Shown here in pieces: positions 58,084 through 64,000 of a stretch of DNA of 64,000 nt. The stretch lies in the NCBI GenBank assembly GCA_016187745.1, contig JACPJC010000006.1, positions 96,001-160,000 on the forward strand. Direction: 5' to 3'. A model generated the notes under the pieces. It was not told the DNA's origin, did no database searches, and saw nothing but the letters and a program-made list of their open reading frames with translations. The position numbers and the translations under genes were made by a program. Source of the DNA: Candidatus Iainarchaeum sp. Lineage in GTDB: Archaea; Iainarchaeota; Iainarchaeia; Iainarchaeales; JAXPJC01. Numbering within the stretch: the first letter of the stretch is position 1; each line of letters starts with the position of its first letter.

Positions 58084-58938
58084 TTAATATATTTTGTTTA
58101 TTTGGTGCAGTACCGCGACTTTAATCAGTTTTGCAAGGGTTTTGTTTAGTGTTTTAAAATTGGCATTTGTGTTTTTGTTTAATGTGGATAGCGCATTTGA
58201 TGTTTTTGCCTGCGAGGACTTTGAATTTGTGGTTATGCTTCTGCCTATTTGTTTCATTTCTGCAGAGATTTTCCCATAAGTCCTATCCAATCTGTTGAAA
58301 TTGGTTTTTGTGTCATCTTTGAGCTCTTCAATATTGCGGTCAATCCGGTCAAGCTTGTCAAGCTTGCTGTTTGTTGAATCTGCCTTGCAAATCAGGCCGT
58401 CCAGTTTTGAGTTTGTCATATCTGCTTTTGAAATCAGTCCGCCTAACTTGTCCAGTTTTGAGTTTGTTGCATCTGCTTTTGCAGCCAATTCATCAAGCAT
58501 ATTCAGCTTTTCAAGCTTTTGGTTTGTCAGCTCAGTTTTTGCATCAACCCCCTTCAGGGTTTTATTCATGCTGTTCAGGATGCGTGATGCAATTTCAGTC
58601 CTTTCCAGCATTTCCCCGGAAAAGTTTTTTTCTGCCCCATAATCCACTTCAAAAAAATCAGGCCAGAATTCCGGCTCTGAATAGCCTTTCTGGTTTTCAA
58701 AAAATACAGCGGTCTTTTCAACATGCAGGCTCAGCGGGTCTTCCCTGCCTTCCTTTACATCAATCTTTTCCGCAAATTTTTCTATTGCTGGTTTGCGCGC
58801 TTTGCAGTATATTTCAACATTCCCGCCAGGCAGATTCCTTACAAGCCCGGAAATTTGCATGTTCCTTGCTGTCTGCCTTGCATAGGCGCGGAACCCAACT
58901 CCCTGCACATTCCCATAAACAAGGATTCTTGCTTTCAT
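58084..58938 (-). CDS. Acylphosphatase domain fused to a coiled coil with KADxTNSKLD repeats
   Basis: G.VQGVGFR, G.VRNL..G.VE; repeats at about 58345-58545. Confidence 0.88.
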   Translation of the reverse strand: MKARILVYGNVQGVGFRAYARQTARNMQISGLVRNLPGGNVEIYCKARKPAIEKFAEKIDVKEGREDPLSLHVEKTAVFFENQKGYSEPEFWPDFFEVDYGAEKNFSGEMLERTEIASRILNSMNKTLKGVDAKTELTNQKLEKLNMLDELAAKADATNSKLDKLGGLISKADMTNSKLDGLICKADSTNSKLDKLDRIDRNIEELKDDTKTNFNRLDRTYGKISAEMKQIGRSITTNSKSSQAKTSNALSTLNKNTNANFKTLNKTLAKLIKVAVLHQINKIY

Positions 58939-59007
58939 TGCAAATAATAAGAAGTGAAGCTTATTTAAATACTTGCTTATTTTACGATTATTGACGATTT
59001 ATATAAA

Positions 59008-60201
59008 TCAGAGGTATTTCATCATTATCTTAACAAGGCCCGGCCTTTTCACAAGCTTCTTTGCGAACAATATGAATTTTGCCTTCTTGTCCAAATCCCC
59101 CGAGGCAATTTTCAAAACATCGTCTGCAGTAATGGAATCTGCAAGATATTCAAAATCCGCATCAGAAAGCTTCTCAAGGAGATGCCTGCCCTTAAGGCGC
59201 TTTTTCAATTGATTTCCGCGCAATGCATACCATTTTTGGGTGTATTTCCCGAGGAATTTTTCTGAAAAATCGTTTTTTGCAACTGCTTCCGAGGCGACTT
59301 CCGCTGCAAGCGCGCCTGCCTCCATTGAAATCCCTATTCCTCCCCCGTGGATCGGGTCAACCTGGTGCGCGGCATCCCCTGCGATTAGCAAATTATCAGA
59401 ATGCATTTTTTCAAGGAATCCCCCTACTGGAATCCCGCCTGAATTGACTTCAATAATGCTGCCCTTCGAAAGATTGGGATGGGAGGCAATGAATTTATCC
59501 AAATAGTATTTTGCTGTTTTTTCAGCATAGCCGGCAATCCCTATTCCGACGTTTGCTGTGCCCCTGCGCTTCGGGAAGATCCAGCAGTATCCCCTGGGTG
59601 AGATTTCATTCCCGAAATAAAGGTGCAGCAATTTCTCATCATAGCCGTCAATTCCTGTAAGCTCATACTGGAAGCCCGAATCAACATCCGGCAATTTGTT
59701 TGTAGTATCAAGGCCCAGCATGCGCGCAATGCGCGAATCAATCCCGTCGCATGCAATTATGAGCGGAGCGGAATACTGCTTAATTTCGCCCAATTCATTC
59801 ACATCAATGACAACATTCCCGTTTTCCCTGCGCGCGCTTTTCACATTGCTCTTCAGCCTTATTTTTGCGCCCTTTTTTACAGCATCAATTGCGAGCGCCT
59901 TCTCAAACATCTTTCTTTCAAGCACATAGCCCGCTACTTTCTTTGCCTTCAGCACAACACTCTTTCCCAAAGGGGAATAAAGCGCGGCGCCGTAAATCGG
60001 CATAACTGCCCATTCCTTGCTTGGCTTCAAACCAAGGCGCCTGAACCATCCTAGCCCAAGGCCTTCGGCGCAGCGCTTCGGGCAGCCAATCTCCTGCTTC
60101 CTGTCAAGGACAAGGGCATTGATTTTCCGCTCGGCAAGCTTTGCTGCTGCGCTCAGCCCCGCGGGACCCGCGCCAATAATTATCACACCGTATTCTTCCA
60201 T
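59008..60201 (-). CDS. Digeranylgeranylglycerophospholipid reductase (geranylgeranyl reductase family)
   Basis: GAGPAG, EIG.P.RCAEG, P.GY.WIFPK, NVGIG, GDAA..V.P..GGGI. Confidence 0.92.
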   Translation of the reverse strand: MEEYGVIIIGAGPAGLSAAAKLAERKINALVLDRKQEIGCPKRCAEGLGLGWFRRLGLKPSKEWAVMPIYGAALYSPLGKSVVLKAKKVAGYVLERKMFEKALAIDAVKKGAKIRLKSNVKSARRENGNVVIDVNELGEIKQYSAPLIIACDGIDSRIARMLGLDTTNKLPDVDSGFQYELTGIDGYDEKLLHLYFGNEISPRGYCWIFPKRRGTANVGIGIAGYAEKTAKYYLDKFIASHPNLSKGSIIEVNSGGIPVGGFLEKMHSDNLLIAGDAAHQVDPIHGGGIGISMEAGALAAEVASEAVAKNDFSEKFLGKYTQKWYALRGNQLKKRLKGRHLLEKLSDADFEYLADSITADDVLKIASGDLDKKAKFILFAKKLVKRPGLVKIMMKYL

Positions 60202-60205
60202 TCTC

Positions 60206-60388
60206 TCACTTCTTCTCAATTTTGCCCAACGCGCCCACAGGGCACATGCGGATGCACGCAAGGCAGTCAATGCACTTGCTGTTGTCAATCTCAATGCGCA
60301 CTTCGTCCAGCCCTATGCAGTTTTTCGGGCAGACCGCTACGCATGCGCCGCAGTAGCAGCATTTCTCCCTGTTCACTTTAACCCCCAT
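60206..60388 (-). CDS. 2x[4Fe-4S] ferredoxin
   Basis: CCYCGACVAVCP and CIDCLACIRMCP; directly upstream of the reductase. Confidence 0.95.
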   Translation of the reverse strand: MGVKVNREKCCYCGACVAVCPKNCIGLDEVRIEIDNSKCIDCLACIRMCPVGALGKIEKK

Positions 60389-60440
60389 ATCACATCACAA
60401 AAGCATAAAAATAGGGGAAACAAAGCAATAAAAACATAAT

Positions 60441-60848
60441 TCAATGCTGTCTGCCTGAAATTAATTCCTCAGGAGTTTTTGTTTCAACATATTTGGCTGC
60501 TTCTTTGCGCAATCTTCTGTCCTCAGTTATAAGAATGCAATTAAGCTTCATTGCGGAGCATACAATCGGCTTGTCTGCCTTGTCGGTAAGTTCTACTCTG
60601 GAAGTTTCTTCTCTTGATGGGTCTGCGACAATTAGGCACGCTTCTTTGATTATATCAACAGAATAATTGATTGCTGTTTCATCTGCATGAGATTTTTCTT
60701 TCAATATTTTTCTAAGCTCTTTGATTGCAAATTCATTTGTATATTTTTGTGTGCGATGCTCAAGGAGAATTTTATGGCTTATGCCATACTGAAATGAAAG
60801 CCCTGAGAATAAAACAGTGGTGTCTAGGAACAGCGGCTTATTCGCCAT
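60441..60848 (-). CDS. vapC: PIN-domain (VapC-like) toxin
   Basis: FLDT.VL, E, D..D, LIT.D..L. Confidence 0.85.
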   Translation of the reverse strand: MANKPLFLDTTVLFSGLSFQYGISHKILLEHRTQKYTNEFAIKELRKILKEKSHADETAINYSVDIIKEACLIVADPSREETSRVELTDKADKPIVCSAMKLNCILITEDRRLRKEAAKYVETKTPEELISGRQH

Positions 60849-61101
60849 ATTGCTCAGCATAAACCTTTCTTCCAATCTCTCTGCATATCTTCACAACATC
60901 TTTTTGCGTTATGTGCCTTTGCTTTGCAAGCGCCTCTAGTTCTTTCAGAACATCTTCTTTGACGAATGCTGCCTTTCTTAGAATTATCTCGCTATCCCTC
61001 TCGGCGACCTCCAAAACCGTGCTTGTGCCTATTCTGTGCTTCTTTCTTATGAAAGCAGGCAGTGTTATTTGCCCATGGATATTCACATTTACGTGGGTCA
61101 T
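60838..61101 (-). CDS. AbrB/MazE/SpoVT-type antitoxin
   Basis: GQITLP..IR....I.....LE.......I.LR; overlaps the PIN gene; GGAGG RBS. Confidence 0.88.
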   Translation of the reverse strand: MTHVNVNIHGQITLPAFIRKKHRIGTSTVLEVAERDSEIILRKAAFVKEDVLKELEALAKQRHITQKDVVKICREIGRKVYAEQYGE

Positions 61102-61162
61102 ATTCTTGCCTCCTGTATTAATTTATTAAAGTATTAATTTATTAAATCTATTGATTGCAGCG

Positions 61163-61753
61163 CTATACGAACTGCTCATAATTCTGCGCGTTGAACTTGT
61201 AGAGGAAGCGCCTGATTTTCGCGCCATTGAATGAATAATTTGCAAGAACTTTCTCCCTTTCCCCCGAGAATTCCATAAATGGCTTTTTCTGCGCAGCATC
61301 CAGCAGAATGAACTTTCCCCCGAACTCCGTAATTGCAAATGCATGCGTATCTGCATTCTCAAGCTCCGCCACAACGACTTCCGCCTTCTCATCCCCGAGC
61401 GCATAAAGCACGCTGCACATAAGGACTGCAAGGTCAGAATCGTCCGCAACTTTTGCTGAAAGTATTTCCTTCGGGGCAAGCCAGATGTCAAGGCCCAATT
61501 CGCTCGGGATATAGGAGATTTCGGCGCAAATGAAATTGTATGCGCCTTCCGCTGCCTGCAGGTAATGCGCGCCGAATTCATAATTTTCAGGCATTTGCGC
61601 GGAAGCAATCCCCTGGATTGTAAGGTCCTCGGAATTGACAAGCGCCTTTATTTCCCCCACTGTCTTTGTTTCCTTCTCGTTTATCAAAGAGGAATATTTA
61701 TCCAGAAGCAGGCGGTAAAGCCTAAGGCGCAGCCCGGTTTCAGTTTCAGCCAT
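61163..61753 (-). CDS. Transglutaminase-like fold protein lacking the catalytic Cys
   Basis: I.Y....W..P.E.L....ADDSD.A.L..S.L, THAF, LLD; Asp where Cys is expected. Confidence 0.7.
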   Translation of the reverse strand: MAETETGLRLRLYRLLLDKYSSLINEKETKTVGEIKALVNSEDLTIQGIASAQMPENYEFGAHYLQAAEGAYNFICAEISYIPSELGLDIWLAPKEILSAKVADDSDLAVLMCSVLYALGDEKAEVVVAELENADTHAFAITEFGGKFILLDAAQKKPFMEFSGEREKVLANYSFNGAKIRRFLYKFNAQNYEQFV

Positions 61754-61833
61754 CAGATGAAATATATGGGAAAGAAAGGGGTATAAATGATATAGTATTT
61801 ATAATAGAAGCGCATTCTTATATTGGAAATAAC

Positions 61834-63255
61834 ATGCGGCAGAAAGGGCAGGAAGCGGTTGAATACCTTGCGGTAATAATAGTGATGCTGCTTATTGTCG
61901 GGATTATTTTTGTGTATTCGCTTGACCTTTCCCAGCGCACCGTAATAACGGAGCAGGCAAGGAATGCCGTAAAAACCCTCGCGAATTCCGCGGACCTTGT
62001 TTATGCCTCCGGCCCGGGAAGCAAGATATATGCGGAAATAGAGCTGCCTGCAAACCTTGAGGGGGAAATCCTCGGGGACAATGAAATAGGCTATAAGGTC
62101 AGAATAGGGGATGCACTTACCGACATATATGAGGTGACAAAGGCGCAGGTTACCGGGGAGCTTCCAATAGAGGCGGGAAAGCATTCAGTTGCGCTTGAGA
62201 TGCTTGACAGCGGGTTTGTTAGGATAGGCGCAGGATTGATATTGAGCCCGAACAAGATTGCAAAAACAATTCTTCCGGGAAACAGCTCAAGCGAAACCCT
62301 TACCGCATGGAATTCAACTTCCGCTTCCCTTTCCGGAATAACAAACTCGAAATCCGGGGGCATTGATGCGTTTACAAGCTTGGGGGCAATATCCTCAACG
62401 CTTGATGCAAATGCCTCGGACAGCTTTGACGCGCTATTTAACATTCCCTCGGGAACCTCCTCATCCACTTACTCCGGATATGTTGCTGTCGATTCAAATT
62501 CCGGGCAGGGGGACAGGGCCCTGGTGCAGATATTCGTGCCGCAGGTCCTTACAAACATCAATGTGAAGGCCTATTCCGACTCAAATTATTCCTCGCATTC
62601 AGTCAATTTCGGAATCGGCTCAACTGTTTATTTTGAGGTTCTTGCCTATGACCAGGGCGCTTCGCCTGTTTCGCTTTCAGACCTTAATGTTTTTGTGAAA
62701 AACCCTTCCGGAAGCGATGTGAATGTGTTCAGGAACTTAAGCGCGCCGAACGGGAGATACCTGGGGACTTTCAAGGTTCCGTGCGATGGCGCTTCCGGAA
62801 GCTGGACAATACTCGCAAACGGAAAGGCGTATTCCGCAGTGAGCGACTCAAATAATTTCAATGTAACAACAGTGGAGCAGCAGAGCTTCTTCGAGTTTGA
62901 CTGGCTTACCGCGAGCTTTGCCTCCGCAGGGAAACATCTCAATGATTGGACTATCCGCAATATTGGCTGCGGAAGCATAACAATAACAGACATGAATGTC
63001 GCGTGGTTCAATGATGCGGACAATGCAAAGCTGAAGAAAATAAGATTCAGCAATTCGGAAGTGTGGAGCGGCACATCTTCAGGAAACAGCTTCCTGAACA
63101 TAGATGATTATTCCATAGGCGCCGGCATAGAGATAAGCACAAACAACAAGCTTGAATTTGATGATGAAGTGAATGACAATTCAGAGCAGTTCATCCTTAC
63201 ATTCAAATTCGGGGACGGAAGCACATACAAGACCCCAACATACTCTGCAGGCTGA
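61834..63255 (+). CDS. Class III signal-peptide (pilin-like) protein with beta-rich extracellular domains
   Basis: KGQEAVEYL plus hydrophobic helix; A..L...AD.VY..GPGS......LP. Confidence 0.85.
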   Translation: MRQKGQEAVEYLAVIIVMLLIVGIIFVYSLDLSQRTVITEQARNAVKTLANSADLVYASGPGSKIYAEIELPANLEGEILGDNEIGYKVRIGDALTDIYEVTKAQVTGELPIEAGKHSVALEMLDSGFVRIGAGLILSPNKIAKTILPGNSSSETLTAWNSTSASLSGITNSKSGGIDAFTSLGAISSTLDANASDSFDALFNIPSGTSSSTYSGYVAVDSNSGQGDRALVQIFVPQVLTNINVKAYSDSNYSSHSVNFGIGSTVYFEVLAYDQGASPVSLSDLNVFVKNPSGSDVNVFRNLSAPNGRYLGTFKVPCDGASGSWTILANGKAYSAVSDSNNFNVTTVEQQSFFEFDWLTASFASAGKHLNDWTIRNIGCGSITITDMNVAWFNDADNAKLKKIRFSNSEVWSGTSSGNSFLNIDDYSIGAGIEISTNNKLEFDDEVNDNSEQFILTFKFGDGSTYKTPTYSAG

Positions 63256-63265
63256 TGGGAATTTT

Positions 63266-63658
63266 ATGAAGGGCAGCATAGGGATTGAAACTATTGCGGT
63301 TGTAATGCTCCTGCTTGCGATGTTCGTAATCATAAATCTTTCAATAATAAACAACACGGATTTGGTAAATGCGCTGTCCGAGCAGTTCAGGCTGCAGGCA
63401 GAATGCAAGAAGGTTGCGGGCATAATAAGCGGAATTTACAGCGCGGGGGACGGCGCAAAATGGCAGGGGGAAATTGACAGGAATGCCGCAGTTTATTCCG
63501 ATTACATTGACTTGTGGGATGGGAATTCCGGGTTCCCTGAACTTAAAAGCGTTTACTGCGCATTTTATGCGGATCTTAATGAAAGCGATTTCAATCTGGC
63601 AAGCGGGGGCATAATTGTTGAAAACAGCAGCGGGAAGGTTGTGATAAAAAATGCCTGA
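63266..63658 (+). CDS. Minor pilin-like protein
   Basis: MKGSIGIE plus hydrophobic helix; C..VA..I..IY..GDG. Confidence 0.75.
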   Translation: MKGSIGIETIAVVMLLLAMFVIINLSIINNTDLVNALSEQFRLQAECKKVAGIISGIYSAGDGAKWQGEIDRNAAVYSDYIDLWDGNSGFPELKSVYCAFYADLNESDFNLASGGIIVENSSGKVVIKNA

Positions 63659-64000
63659 ATTCGGGAATTCCAGAGGGCAGGTGGTTTCATATGACCTGAT
63701 GATTGCAATATTCATATTCCTGCTTGTTTTTGCATTTGCGCTGAGCGTTTGGCAGAATTCCATTGGCGCAATTGCAGGGGAGAAAATCCTTTATGAAATG
63801 AAGAATTCCGCAGTGCAGATTTCAAACCAGCTTGTAATGACCCCGGGAGTTCCGAGCAACTGGCATCTTAGCGGGGATGCGAACCTTTATGGCTTCGCAT
63901 TGTCAAGGCGCGCGCTTTCGCTGCAGAAGCTAAATGCATTCAAGGCGCTGGATTACAATTCAGCAAAGGGCAGAATGGGAATTGCCGATTATGACTTCTA
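63651..64000 (+). CDS. Minor pilin-like protein, runs off the window end
   Basis: Hand translation: MPEFGNSRGQVVSYDLMIAIFIF...LV.TPG.P.NW; no stop before the edge. Confidence 0.78.
   Translation, partial: MPEFGNSRGQVVSYDLMIAIFIFLLVFAFALSVWQNSIGAIAGEKILYEMKNSAVQISNQLVMTPGVPSNWHLSGDANLYGFALSRRALSLQKLNAFKALDYNSAKGRMGIADYDF

Noticed and set aside
59008-60294. 428-aa version of the geranylgeranyl reductase
   Set aside because: The extension overlaps the ferredoxin gene in another frame; the FAD-binding motif starts right after ATG 60201.
48667-61101. The two toxin-antitoxin pairs as markers of a prophage or integrative element
   Set aside because: No integrase, transposase, capsid gene or att repeats; both pairs are isolated inserts among housekeeping and surface genes.
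1-64000. tRNA, rRNA, SRP or RNase P RNA genes and stop-codon recoding
   Set aside because: No T-loop or cloverleaf and no conserved RNA signature found in intergenic gaps by eye; conserved genes end at expected positions with all three stop codons. A covariance-model scan would be needed to fully exclude small RNAs.

Overview
Gene-dense archaeal chromosome segment, most consistent with a DPANN archaeon (Iainarchaeota/Diapherotrites- or Micrarchaeota-like; this is an inference from gene content and ORF style, not a tested placement). Core genes: uS15, eS1, carS, secF-secD, Nog1, PolD DP1/DP2 (no inteins), sepF, orc1/cdc6, hel308, NAC, long FKBP, proteasome beta, aCPSF1/FttA, AK6, AMMECR1, Taw1, PRC-barrel, a short NFACT/Rqc2, and geranylgeranyl reductase with ferredoxin. 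Accessory content: a Liv-type amino-acid ABC island with two regulators and visible palindromic operator candidates, two toxin-antitoxin pairs, many surface proteins, five class III (type IV pilin) signal-peptide proteins, two acylphosphatase/coiled-coil fusions and several Arg/Lys-leader orphans. The strongest observation is an ~1815-aa pilin-tipped adhesin in which five LamG domains are inserted inside loops of other domains: a scaffold present in three copies carries 0, 1 and 3 inserts, and a PKD domain is split by one insert. The LamG inserts have conserved borders and divergent cores, and a short paralog lies elsewhere in the window. Other signals are promoter-containing direct repeats flanking small inserts, REP-like hairpins, an A10 tract at a domain junction and weak dif-like sites. 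No rRNA, tRNA, CRISPR array, integrase or transposase was recognised. All calls come from reading motifs by eye; start codons were adjusted where an RBS or family N-terminus suggested it.
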